A stretch of 63,800 nt of DNA, filler included, from an uncultured Methanoregulaceae archaeon (lineage in GTDB: Archaea; Halobacteriota; Methanomicrobia; Methanomicrobiales; Methanospirillaceae): the NCBI GenBank assembly GCA_964530035.1. It is 3 parts of 3 records of this genome, joined end to end, with 100 filler letters (N's around TTAATTAATTAA, not from the genome) between each part and the next. Parts side by side here need not be neighbours in the genome. Positions count along the whole stretch, not along the records: positions 1 to 23,867 come from CAZGXZ010000014.1; positions 23,968 to 47,678 come from CAZGXZ010000015.1; 1 more part is not named here. The stretch is one strand, 5' to 3'. The notes under the pieces were generated by a model. The model made no database searches and had not been told where the DNA came from. It saw only the letters and a program-made list of their open reading frames with translations. Numbering within the stretch: position 1 is the stretch's first letter; each line of letters opens with the position of its first letter. The position numbers and the translations under genes were made by a program. Shown here one piece after another: positions 22,910 through 32,103 of this stretch.

Positions 22910-23502
22910 TATCATCAAGGGTTTCCCGCATGTTGCGGGCATCATTGAAGGGTCTTGTTAAGGTGCTTTGAGGGTGTATGGTGGAGGTAAGTGATCGATG
23001 TGGCAGATGTACCTAATGCCGATCCCCTGACCTCCACTACAATCCTCAACATAGGGGCATATAAAGCATGACCGTGTGGAGTGAAAGTGCCACCCCCTTA
23101 AAAAACAATTAATTAAGGTTATTTTTTATTTTAAAACAATTAAAATCAAATTCTTACTTCGTGGCTTTTTTGATCAGGAGAGGAGATCTGGTGAGCGGAT
23201 CTGTGGATCGAACACCTTAGATCACGTATCGGGTGTCTGACACATGTATGCCATGGGGGTATGCACCGTCGATCTGCCAATGATATGACGGCGGATCACT
23301 GCGCTCGATCCTGATCGTTTTCATGGACATCGGAACACTATATGGAGTGGGTTAGAGGGTGTTCATCCCACTGTCCGGGGAACGTTGTGATCCTTGTGAT
23401 GTCATGATGCGGCACCCCCCCCATCTCCCACAGCTGCACCAGACAGGCAGTGCAGGGGCGACCGGACCTGCAGGATACTCCGTTATCAGGGAATTCGGGC
23501 AG

Positions 23503-23818
23503 AGGTACGTGATAAAGGCCTTTTTCTAGCCCCTCGCAGGGAGAAGGTTTCAGCCCGCCCACTTAAAACCAATGCCTTGACCAAGGTCCTGGTTTTCAAC
23601 CAGGTTCTATTCAGGTAGCACCGCGGGGTTGTATGGAGTCTCCCTTCAATCAAATACCTGGCAGTGAGCGGTACATCAGATCTGAATTGCATTCGTTGCA
23701 TCACTAGATGCAAGCGTAAGACAGGTTTTTCGTGTTCCTGCTTTTGGACGCAAAATGTCCAAACATAAGCTTTTCGCAAGATTACCGGGATTAGAGCTTA
23801 ATCCAGCGATACGTACCC
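23503..23818 (-). ncRNA. Candidate large structured RNA of unknown family
   Basis: Closing stem GGTACGT/ACGTACC around about ten stems; G-U pairs and a GCGA tetraloop favour the minus strand; no credible ORF. Confidence 0.5.
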
Positions 23819-23867
23819 TATCAAAAAAAACCTTTACCATAGAAAATGAGGTGAAACGTTAACGTTT

Positions 23868-23967
23868 NNNNNNNNNNNNNNNNNNNNNNNNNNNNNNNNN
23901 NNNNNNNNNNNTTAATTAATTAANNNNNNNNNNNNNNNNNNNNNNNNNNNNNNNNNNNNNNNNNNNN
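23868..23967. other. Artificial contig linker
   Basis: 100 nt: Ns around TTAATTAATTAA. Confidence 0.97.
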
Positions 23968-24513
23968 TCTTCAATCATGCAGATTACCTGACAATTATGT
24001 CCGGCAAGAAAGAATTATTCGTCAAAATTAAGATTTTTAAGCTCGGTTGGAATCGTCCACACCCTCAATTTTATTGACCCCATTATGAGAGATCTCCATC
24101 AGTTGCAAATCTGATCATAAGGTTTCAACAAAGCCTATTTTTGGTCTTCAGCGGGATTTTTTTCAGGTTGAAATCTTCATGAAGGGCCGTGAAACCGCCG
24201 CCTGGGCGCCCTTCGGGGGCGGCGGGGTATCTTTTTGGGGGTGTAGGGGCGAAGCCCCCACTGAAGGATTGAGGCATATAGGATATCAGGAAATGTGATG
24301 CTCCTGGTATCCGCCAATGTATGGAACCATTCTGAAAAGTCGGAAAAATCCAGGTCCCATTTCTTCAATCATGCAGATTACAAGAGAATTATGTCAGGCA
24401 AGGAAGAATTACTCATTAAAATTAAGATTTTCTGGCCCTGTGAAGATCTTCATTTTCTTCAACTTGATTCATCCTGTAATGAGAGATCCCCATCAGCTGC
24501 AATCCCGGTCATA
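23968..24513. repeat. Diverged ~150-bp direct repeat, 394-bp period (23968-24119 and 24362-24513)
   Basis: Identical first 20 nt TCTTCAATCATGCAGATTAC; further shared blocks at the same offset. Confidence 0.85.
24175..24276 (+). repeat. GC-rich double-hairpin element (REP/MITE-like)
   Basis: CCGCCGCC...CCC-TTCG-GGG...GCGGCGG and GGGGC-GAA-GCCCC. Confidence 0.6.
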
Positions 24514-24666
24514 GGATCTTTCCAGAGCCAGAATGGTCGAAATTGGTGTCGGTTTGAGAAACGAGACAATCCAAGCGATCCCGGTTCTTGCCCTGGAACA
24601 GGAACTGGTACGAAAACAAGTGGTTATCACCCCCGGCCATTAAAGGGGCTGGTATCACCATTTTCT

Positions 24667-25464
24667 TCAGATTTGGGATATCGTTTCGTTCCCTGGCAGG
24701 ACATGTTCTCCTTCAATGACGGCATTGTTTTCTGCCTGGATCCCCTGGCTGTTGTCCCCAAGGGAAACGCCGATGAGGCGTTCGATGAGTTCAAGGGGCG
24801 GGAATGCCTTCATCCGTGCAAAATCCGAGAGTCCTTCGGCACTTAGCGGGAATTCGCCAGTCAGCCGAACGGTAAGGTCATTATCCGCCGGCATTGCACT
24901 TTCAGGAGTTATCTCACTGCTGTTATCACGCGTCGGCTCAGGGATCGCACCGGCAGATGTCTCCCGGACTTCAGGATCAGGGGTCTCATGACCGGAGCCC
25001 TCCCCAGTCTGCACAACGGCGTAAACAGGTGCGGGGGTCAGTTCTGCCACAGGCGTAGGGATAGCGGTTGTATTCCAGTCATCCTGGACAGAGGTATTTC
25101 CCGGGATGGGGGTTGTATTGACCTGGGTCGTATTACCCTCCGTAGTAGTTTTGCTGACTGTTGAGGCTGTTACCAGGGAGCTGGGGGTCTGGCTTACCAA
25201 CCCGGTACCTGTTGTATTGTTCACGCCTGTTCCCACACCCTGGGTGACCTCCGCAGAAACCGGAGCACCGGTCGTTGTATTTGCAACGGAGCTCTCCGTA
25301 GTGTTCGTGCTGCCGGACTGGGTCTCGTTTATTTCAGGGTAGAAAAAACCGTTTATCATCTTAACATGCGGGGCCTGATCAAACCCCGTGGCGCTGACGG
25401 TGGAAACGGCCAGGAGGGCACACAGGGCGTATATAACGGGTATGAGACTTTTTCTGAAGTACAT
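24667..25464 (-). CDS. Secreted Thr-rich protein
   Basis: Signal peptide from MYFRKS; many N-x-T/S sequons. Confidence 0.65.
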   Translation of the reverse strand: MYFRKSLIPVIYALCALLAVSTVSATGFDQAPHVKMINGFFYPEINETQSGSTNTTESSVANTTTGAPVSAEVTQGVGTGVNNTTGTGLVSQTPSSLVTASTVSKTTTEGNTTQVNTTPIPGNTSVQDDWNTTAIPTPVAELTPAPVYAVVQTGEGSGHETPDPEVRETSAGAIPEPTRDNSSEITPESAMPADNDLTVRLTGEFPLSAEGLSDFARMKAFPPLELIERLIGVSLGDNSQGIQAENNAVIEGEHVLPGNETISQI

Positions 25465-25630
25465 AACTTCAGGTCTTCCCGGATACCCGATAAACCTTGG
25501 TTCAGTCCTGCGTAAAAAGGGGGTTATCGGATGCCTGTGTACCGGCTGTCCTGCGATCGCCGATGTCAATTCCTTTTGGATGGAAAATAAGAGAGTTGCT
25601 AAGGGTAGTTGCCCCGCATTCTTCTCCACC

Positions 25631-28516
25631 TCATACGGACACGACGATGGTCGCCGGCTCTGAACCTGCCTCGTTGTTCAGTTCATCAGACTCGGTAACA
25701 AGGTGTTCAGGGTCGATGACCGCGTGGAGGTAGTACGACCCTCCCGGGGCAGCGACGGGGACGGTCACTGTCTGGTTCATCTCGAACGATGACCCGGGGT
25801 CCTGGGGCGGGACTGTCCCGCTGAACAGGGCAAGGACGTTCGTGCTGTTCTCCACATCCTGCATGGCAAGGGAAAGTCCTGACAACGGGGAACCTGCGGT
25901 ACCCGTATTCGAAACCCGGACACGCGTCTCGAAGGTACCGCCGGGAGATACCATTGCTGGCGGAGCATCAGGCAGGGTCACGGTAAGATCGGCCAGGGGC
26001 TCTGGCGTCGGTGTAGCCGTTGCTGTTGTTGCTACTGTCGCGGTGGGCGTGGGTGTCGGTGTGGCCGTTGTTGTTGCGGTTACTGTCGCAGAAGGCGTCG
26101 GTGTCGGCGTGGCCAGCGGGCCTGCGGTCATGTTTGCCGGCACTGACAGACCGAGGTTGTTGGTCTCGTCAGACTCCGGGATAAGGTTTGCAAGGTCGAT
26201 CCAGCAGGCCAGGTAGTAGGTGCCGGCGGGTATCCCTGGAGGAAGCGGATAGGTGCGTGCCGCCGTCCCCGTTGCCCCCGCTGCGAGGCCTGTGTCGGTC
26301 ATCGAACTGCCGATCTGCCAGGTCCTGCTGCTGTCTCCCGTATCGACAAGGCCGAAGGTGAGTTGGGACGGCGGGCTTGGTCCCTGTCCTGAATTTCCAA
26401 TCGGCGCATTGAAGACGACAGGATCACCCGCATCAGCCTGCGGGCTCCCGGTCACGGCCCCGACGTACAGGTCGGGAAGAGGCGGGCCGACGACGAGGGT
26501 CGCAGGCCTTGACGAGCCCGAATTGTTCTGTTCGTCGGACTCATGTATGGTGTTGGCCGGGTCGATCCTGCATTCATAGTAATAGGTCCCCGCGGCGATG
26601 GACCCGGGTATGACAAAGGTCCTGTTCTGGAACCCGGAGGTCCCGGCGACAACGGGTCCCGTGGTTGCCGATGTCCCGAGCAGCGTTACCTGTGCGCTGT
26701 TTTCCGTGTTCACCAGCTCGTATCGCAGGTCTGTTCCAGGTGCGTCAACTGTCCCGCTGTTACCGAGCCACAGGGACACCGTAACAGGATCACCGGGGCG
26801 GGCTGAAGCGGTACCGGTGACCGTACCGGCAAAAAGATCGGGGCGGGGTGCCGGCGTCGGGGTCTGGGCCGGGGATAAGGAAAGCGTCGAGGGAGCTGAA
26901 GTGCCGGCATTGTTCTGTTCGTTTTCTTCTGGAACGAGGCCCGGGAGATCTGCCCAGCATGCATAATAATAGGTGCCGGGAGGGACCGGGCCTGGCAGGG
27001 TAAAGCTCCGGGTCGCCGTGCCCATGATCCCTGCCGGCAATCCGGATGTTGTCCGGGTGGTCCCGAGAAGCCATGTGCGGCTCTGGTCCTGGGCATTGAT
27101 GAGTCCATATGCCAGTTCCACGGGGCCTGCATCGGCATGGCCGTAATTGCCGACCTGTGCCGTGATTGTAACCGGTTCACCCGGACGGGCCAGTGCAGGA
27201 CCGGTTACCTGGCCCAGAACGATGTCGGGGAGGGGGGCGGGTTCTCCGGGGACAGACATAAAGAGGGGTATGGAACTGCCCGTGTTGTTCTCCTCGTCAA
27301 GTTCAGGGATGGTATTTACAGGGTCCGCCTTGCAGAGGATGTAGTACCGGCCCTTCGGCAGGGTCCAGGGTATCGTGAAGGAACGGCTGACCGGTACGGA
27401 TGCACCTTTTTTCAGGCCTTGTGGGAGTTCCGTTATTCCGAGGAGGTACACCACTGAACTGTCCAGCGTATTTCCGAGGCTGAACTTCACATCAGGCTGG
27501 AGGGAATCGGCGGTCCCGGCATTTGACACAAGTGCTGAAATCGTGATCGTATCTCCGGGGGAGGCCGAGACAGGACCGTTCACCTGGCTTACGACAAGGT
27601 CAGGTCTCATCAGGGTAACCGGGGTAGGTGTCTTCGTCGGAGTCTTTGTCGCCGTCACCTTCTTCGTAGGTGTTTTCGTCGGAGTCTTTGTCGCCGTTAC
27701 TTTCTTCGTAGGCGTCTTCGTCGGAGTCTTTGTCGCCGTCACCTTCTTCGTAGGTGTTTTCGTCGGAGTCTTTGTCGTCGTTACCTTCTTCGTAGGCGTC
27801 TTCGTCGGAGTCTTTGTCGTCGTTACCTTCTTCGTAGGCGTCTTCGTTGGAGTCTTTGTCGTCGTTACCTTCTTCGTAGGCGTCTTCATCGGGGTCCTGG
27901 TCACAGTCGGTGTACTACTCCCCTGTTGCACGACATCGAAGGGAAGAGCTACGTCATAGAGGTCAATCACCCTGGACCTCACCTGGGGCAGGGTCACAGG
28001 AAGGTTCACCGGAAAATCGACTTGCACGGATTTCCTGCCGTCAGGCATGACAAATGTCCTGAGAACGGTCTTTCCAGGATACACGGCGCCCGCTACGCTG
28101 AATACACCATCCGGACCCGTCGTCATCTGGTTTGCCCCGGGCGGATAGACCCCTTGAAAAGTGGATGTCGTAAGGATGACCACGGCACCCTGTACCGGGA
28201 TCCCGGACTTGTCCAGGAGGCGTCCCCTGACGGTGTACAACGTGCTGAACCGGGAGGTTACCAAAGTTCCAGAAAACACTGTTTCTCCCTGGCGTTCTGC
28301 ACTTCCTGATGGGCCGACGGAGGTGCTTTCTGCCCGGCCACCCGATGGGGGCCCGGAATTCACAGGTTGCACCTGCCGGGAGCCATCGTCCCTGAATGAT
28401 GTGGTTTCAGTCTCACTGGTGGCGGCCATTACTATAGCAGGTGAAAACACCATGCACAAGGCGATGATGAATGCCGCAAATCGCCATGCCGGCTTATTGC
28501 CCTTGAAAGGTTTCAT
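25631..28516 (-). CDS. Secreted multi-CARDB surface protein with Thr/Lys repeat stalk
   Basis: Signal peptide; five PDL...N.G...YY...D.....E.DE.NN Ig-like modules. Confidence 0.88.
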   Translation of the reverse strand: MKPFKGNKPAWRFAAFIIALCMVFSPAIVMAATSETETTSFRDDGSRQVQPVNSGPPSGGRAESTSVGPSGSAERQGETVFSGTLVTSRFSTLYTVRGRLLDKSGIPVQGAVVILTTSTFQGVYPPGANQMTTGPDGVFSVAGAVYPGKTVLRTFVMPDGRKSVQVDFPVNLPVTLPQVRSRVIDLYDVALPFDVVQQGSSTPTVTRTPMKTPTKKVTTTKTPTKTPTKKVTTTKTPTKTPTKKVTTTKTPTKTPTKKVTATKTPTKTPTKKVTATKTPTKTPTKKVTATKTPTKTPTPVTLMRPDLVVSQVNGPVSASPGDTITISALVSNAGTADSLQPDVKFSLGNTLDSSVVYLLGITELPQGLKKGASVPVSRSFTIPWTLPKGRYYILCKADPVNTIPELDEENNTGSSIPLFMSVPGEPAPLPDIVLGQVTGPALARPGEPVTITAQVGNYGHADAGPVELAYGLINAQDQSRTWLLGTTRTTSGLPAGIMGTATRSFTLPGPVPPGTYYYACWADLPGLVPEENEQNNAGTSAPSTLSLSPAQTPTPAPRPDLFAGTVTGTASARPGDPVTVSLWLGNSGTVDAPGTDLRYELVNTENSAQVTLLGTSATTGPVVAGTSGFQNRTFVIPGSIAAGTYYYECRIDPANTIHESDEQNNSGSSRPATLVVGPPLPDLYVGAVTGSPQADAGDPVVFNAPIGNSGQGPSPPSQLTFGLVDTGDSSRTWQIGSSMTDTGLAAGATGTAARTYPLPPGIPAGTYYLACWIDLANLIPESDETNNLGLSVPANMTAGPLATPTPTPSATVTATTTATPTPTPTATVATTATATPTPEPLADLTVTLPDAPPAMVSPGGTFETRVRVSNTGTAGSPLSGLSLAMQDVENSTNVLALFSGTVPPQDPGSSFEMNQTVTVPVAAPGGSYYLHAVIDPEHLVTESDELNNEAGSEPATIVVSV
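27624..27896 (-). repeat. 42-bp coding tandem repeat, about 6.5 copies (TKTPTKTPTKKVT[T/A])
   Basis: Directly visible in DNA and protein. Confidence 0.95.
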
Positions 28517-28600
28517 ATAGGGACTCCTGAACACCCTCTGGTACACCTTATGAGAAAAATCCGGACTGCCCTCGATCCAGACGTAAAGTGGTGTCTCATG

Positions 28601-29224
28601 TCAGAGGGATAATAGGTTGCTGGTCCCCCGGAGATCGGCCTGGAGGTCGTTTCCCACGATATCGTGAAGGAACTCTTCAATCACCCATTCGTTCCTGACC
28701 TCAGGGTGAAACATGACGGCCAGATGCGGTTTGTCCTGGTGTCTCACCGCCTGGGTGCAGCGCATGGAGGAGGCAAGGACAGTGAAGCATGAGGGAGGAG
28801 TGACCGCATACCTGTGCAGTTCAAACGCCATGATGGGACCGGCCGCTGCATGGACCGTCCAGCCCAGGTCAAACGTTACCTCCGTCATCCCTATCTCCTC
28901 GCACATGGCCAGCACGCCTCCATATGAAAGGACCATCGCTTCCATCCCGGCACAGATCCCCAGTACGGGGAGGTGACATCCCGGTATCCATGAAAATGCC
29001 GCAAGATGGTCCGAAAAAGCGTTGTCCATCAGCGCCGTCCCGCATAGGACCGCACCGGATGCTGATCGGATGTGCTCATGGCGGATATCCAGGTAATGAA
29101 CGGGGCGGGGATGAAATCCCGCTTTTCTGACGATGGATTCCACCGGCAGGACAAACTCATCATGGGAAAGGGAACCTGCCGTTGCACAGCAGTCGACGAC
29201 CAGGATTATTTTTCCGAGAGGCAT
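28601..29224 (-). CDS. Class I glutamine amidotransferase (stand-alone)
   Basis: LGICAGME nucleophile elbow and FHPE (Cys-His-Glu triad). Confidence 0.88.
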   Translation of the reverse strand: MPLGKIILVVDCCATAGSLSHDEFVLPVESIVRKAGFHPRPVHYLDIRHEHIRSASGAVLCGTALMDNAFSDHLAAFSWIPGCHLPVLGICAGMEAMVLSYGGVLAMCEEIGMTEVTFDLGWTVHAAAGPIMAFELHRYAVTPPSCFTVLASSMRCTQAVRHQDKPHLAVMFHPEVRNEWVIEEFLHDIVGNDLQADLRGTSNLLSL

Positions 29225-29889
29225 GCATCTCCTATGAAGTAGGTCCCCCGGAAGTTCCCATACCGGGAATCGGCATTCAGAACGTCAATCCTTTTCGTAA
29301 ACAGGGGGCAGTCGGTCACGAAGGTCTCGAACTCCCCACCTTCCCCGGTCAGCGTGGTCCGGTACCGGGCTGCGATCTTTTTCAGGTCCCTGACTGTGCC
29401 TTCGTCGAGTTTCCTTCCCAGCCAGGACTCTGTGAAAGGCTCGGCATAAACCCCGGTGATCAGCACGGAAAAACCGGATAAAAGGAGGCGTTCCAGGTAG
29501 GCCTCCTCGTCCGTCAGCCACAGGGGATTGAAACACCAGAGGTCGTGCCGCGAACATACCTTCTGGACTCGGGTCGCCTGGTACACCGAGCGGATCGCGC
29601 CGGTTACTATCCCCTCGACCCGGTGCTCGCGGCTCGCAATAAGAATCGCACGTTCAAGGTCCAGGACCTCGACCTCCTCCTCGCCCTGCGACCGTACCCG
29701 GACATGGGGCAGATCTGCAGCCTGTGCCTGGAGCCCGACGAGGCGGATGTTCGGGGTATGAAACAGGTAGGAGTCAGGGTTCATGGACTCGACGGAGATC
29801 AGGCATCCGAGCTCGTTCCCCGTCTCCCGTGCCCGGTATGCCGCGTAGAGGGAATCCTTTCCCCCCGAGCAGAGTACGCCGACCCTCAT
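29206..29889 (-). CDS. dph6: Diphthine--ammonia ligase (PP-loop ATPase)
   Basis: SGGKDS, SYLFH, GAI.S.YQ, PLW, GEGGEFET. Confidence 0.9.
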   Translation of the reverse strand: MRVGVLCSGGKDSLYAAYRARETGNELGCLISVESMNPDSYLFHTPNIRLVGLQAQAADLPHVRVRSQGEEEVEVLDLERAILIASREHRVEGIVTGAIRSVYQATRVQKVCSRHDLWCFNPLWLTDEEAYLERLLLSGFSVLITGVYAEPFTESWLGRKLDEGTVRDLKKIAARYRTTLTGEGGEFETFVTDCPLFTKRIDVLNADSRYGNFRGTYFIGDACLSEK

Positions 29890-30135
29890 GGCCTGCCCGT
29901 TCCCTGTGGTTGTTTCATGGACTGGCAAGGGATTATTTGGACGGAGACCGGAAAAAACCGCCCTTACCTCAGGACCGTGCACCCCTCGTTTTAGACCTCG
30001 CCAGGGATGGACATGGCTGCCTGGAACAGGGACAGGTCGTGAAAGGACATTTTTTTGTATCCCTGGACAAGGTACTAGTATATCCGGGACGCGCCACCGG
30101 GCCATCACTATGCCGGCCGTCAGGACCTTGTAGCC

Positions 30136-32049
30136 ATGACCACCATTACCTTCCTTCCGGGTTTCCGAAAAATATCGGTTGAAAAGGGTGAGACCATTCT
30201 CACTGCCGCACAACGGGCTGATATCCATATGAATGCCGTGTGCGGCGGCCAGGGCAAGTGCGGCAAATGCATCGTCTTTGTCAGGTCCGGGAGGGTTGAT
30301 TTTGACCGGGCCAAATATGGTCACTTCTTCACTCAGGAGGAAATGGAAAACGGGGCCTGTCTTGCCTGCGAGGCAGCAATCCTTGACGATGTCCAGGTCT
30401 TCATACCAGAACGGTCATTCATCCAGGCCCAGCAGATCCTGGTCCAGGTACGCGGTCTCGAGGTCGAGTTCAAGCCGTCCGTCTGGAAATACTACGTTGA
30501 ACTCACTCCGCCCACGCTTGCCGACCCATCGACCGACCTGTACCGTCTCCTTGGAGGCGTGACGAAGGCGGGCGGGCCTTCCGACGAGAAGGTATATGCC
30601 CCCCTCGAAGTCCTGAGGCAGATCCCATCGATCCTCCGTGAGAGCGGCTGGAAGGTCACGGCAAGCATTGCGCTCGTGCCCGGGGGATACCGCGTCATCG
30701 ACATGGAGAAGGGCGATACGTCCAGAAACCTCTACGGAGCTGCAATCGACCTTGGGACGACCACGGTTGTCGCATATATCAGGAACCTGAACGACGGGAC
30801 TATCGCGGGTGTCGCCTCGAACTATAACAGGCAGATCAGCTGCGGGGAGGACATCCTGTCACGTGTGAACTATGCCCGGAAAGGCGGGCTCGGCCGCCTC
30901 CAGGAACTCGCCGCCGAGTCGATCAACAGCGCAATAACGGCTGCCGCAAACAACGCGGGAATAGACAGGGAGGACATCTATGAGATCGTCGTTGCCGGGA
31001 ACACGATCATGACGCACATCCTCATGGGTATCGACCCGGCCTACATGATCGAGGAGCCGTATGTACCGGTTGTCAGGAGGGCCCTCTCGACCGTATCACA
31101 GCGTATCGGGCTGAATGTCAACCCGGGGGCAGGGGTCTTCATCTTCCCGGCAGTCTCTGATTTCATTGGTGGTGACATCGTTGCCGACATCCTTGCGTGC
31201 GGGATGGCCGAACGATCCGAGATATCGCTCCTTATCGATGTCGGGACGAACTTTGAGGTCGTTCTGGGGAACAATGACTGGATGTTTGCCTGTGCGGGTG
31301 CTGCAGGACCTGCCCTTGAGGGAGGAGAAGTCCTCTACGGGATGAGGGCAAATCCCGGGGCGATCGAGCGGGTCACCCTGGACTACGATACGCTGGTCCC
31401 GACCTACGAGACCATCAACCACATACCCCCGGCCGGGATCTGCGGGTCCGGGCTCATCGACCTGCTCGCAGAACTCCTCAGGGCCTGTGTCATCGACCGG
31501 ACCGGCAGGATCAACACGGACATCGTCCACGAGAGGATACGTCAGGGAGAGCACTTCCCCGAGTTCGTGGTCGAGTTCGCAGGCAGGACGGGCATCGGGA
31601 AGGACATCGTCGTGACCGAGAACGATATCAAGAACCTGATCATGAGCAAGGCAAGCATCCTTGCCGCCTGTATCACCCTCATGAACCAGGCAGGGATAAC
31701 CAACCAGGACATCATCACGATCTACTTCGCAGGGGCGTTCGGGACCTACATCAACAAGGACAACGCGGTGACCATTGGGCTCATCCCCGAGCTCCCGCTC
31801 CAACACATCGAGAATATCGGAAACGGCGCAGCGGAAGGTGCGAACATCGCTCTCCTCAACCGGAAGAAGCGCAAGGTGCTCGATGAGGTCGCCTACAAGA
31901 TCGGGTACATCGAGCTCAATGCCGAGCCGTCATTCATGGACGAGTATACGAGGAGCAGCTTCCTCCCCCACACCGACCTCGCCATCTTTCCGATGGTCGA
32001 AAAGGCTCTCGAAGCATGCAGGATCCGGAAGGGAGGGAACCACACCTAA
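30136..32049 (+). CDS. ASKHA corrinoid reductive activator (RACo/AcsV-like) with N-terminal 2Fe-2S domain
   Basis: CGGQGKCGKC...C, DLGTTT, DVGTN.E, AGPALEG, GICGSG, AGAFG. Confidence 0.92.
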   Translation: MTTITFLPGFRKISVEKGETILTAAQRADIHMNAVCGGQGKCGKCIVFVRSGRVDFDRAKYGHFFTQEEMENGACLACEAAILDDVQVFIPERSFIQAQQILVQVRGLEVEFKPSVWKYYVELTPPTLADPSTDLYRLLGGVTKAGGPSDEKVYAPLEVLRQIPSILRESGWKVTASIALVPGGYRVIDMEKGDTSRNLYGAAIDLGTTTVVAYIRNLNDGTIAGVASNYNRQISCGEDILSRVNYARKGGLGRLQELAAESINSAITAAANNAGIDREDIYEIVVAGNTIMTHILMGIDPAYMIEEPYVPVVRRALSTVSQRIGLNVNPGAGVFIFPAVSDFIGGDIVADILACGMAERSEISLLIDVGTNFEVVLGNNDWMFACAGAAGPALEGGEVLYGMRANPGAIERVTLDYDTLVPTYETINHIPPAGICGSGLIDLLAELLRACVIDRTGRINTDIVHERIRQGEHFPEFVVEFAGRTGIGKDIVVTENDIKNLIMSKASILAACITLMNQAGITNQDIITIYFAGAFGTYINKDNAVTIGLIPELPLQHIENIGNGAAEGANIALLNRKKRKVLDEVAYKIGYIELNAEPSFMDEYTRSSFLPHTDLAIFPMVEKALEACRIRKGGNHT

Positions 32050-32103
32050 AATTGTTGACATGACTAAAGATGCCCATTTTCTTTTGATTTTCTGCTCATG
32101 ATG

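Noticed and set aside
23361..23383. GTTCATCCCACTGTCCGGGGAAC resembles a type I-E CRISPR repeat
   Set aside because: Single shortened copy, no second repeat at ~61-nt spacing, and no cas genes
23854..23867. Perfect palindrome AAACGTTAACGTTT
   Set aside because: Sits exactly at the contig end, so it may be a terminal assembly artefact
23912..23923. TTAATTAATTAA inside N runs (also 47723-47734)
   Set aside because: Six-frame-stop linker used to concatenate contigs; not biological
24295..24846. 183-aa plus-strand ORF and 63-aa minus-strand ORF over the repeat
   Set aside because: No recognisable motif; they cross hairpin/repeat DNA, and the longer one overlaps a real gene antisense
27624..27896. 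Regular tandem array as a possible CRISPR
   Set aside because: In-frame 42-bp coding repeat without unique spacers
29890..30324. 145-aa N-terminal extension of the Dph6 ORF
   Set aside because: Overlaps the divergent RACo gene and promoter region; the family start is MRVGVLCSGGKDS at 29889
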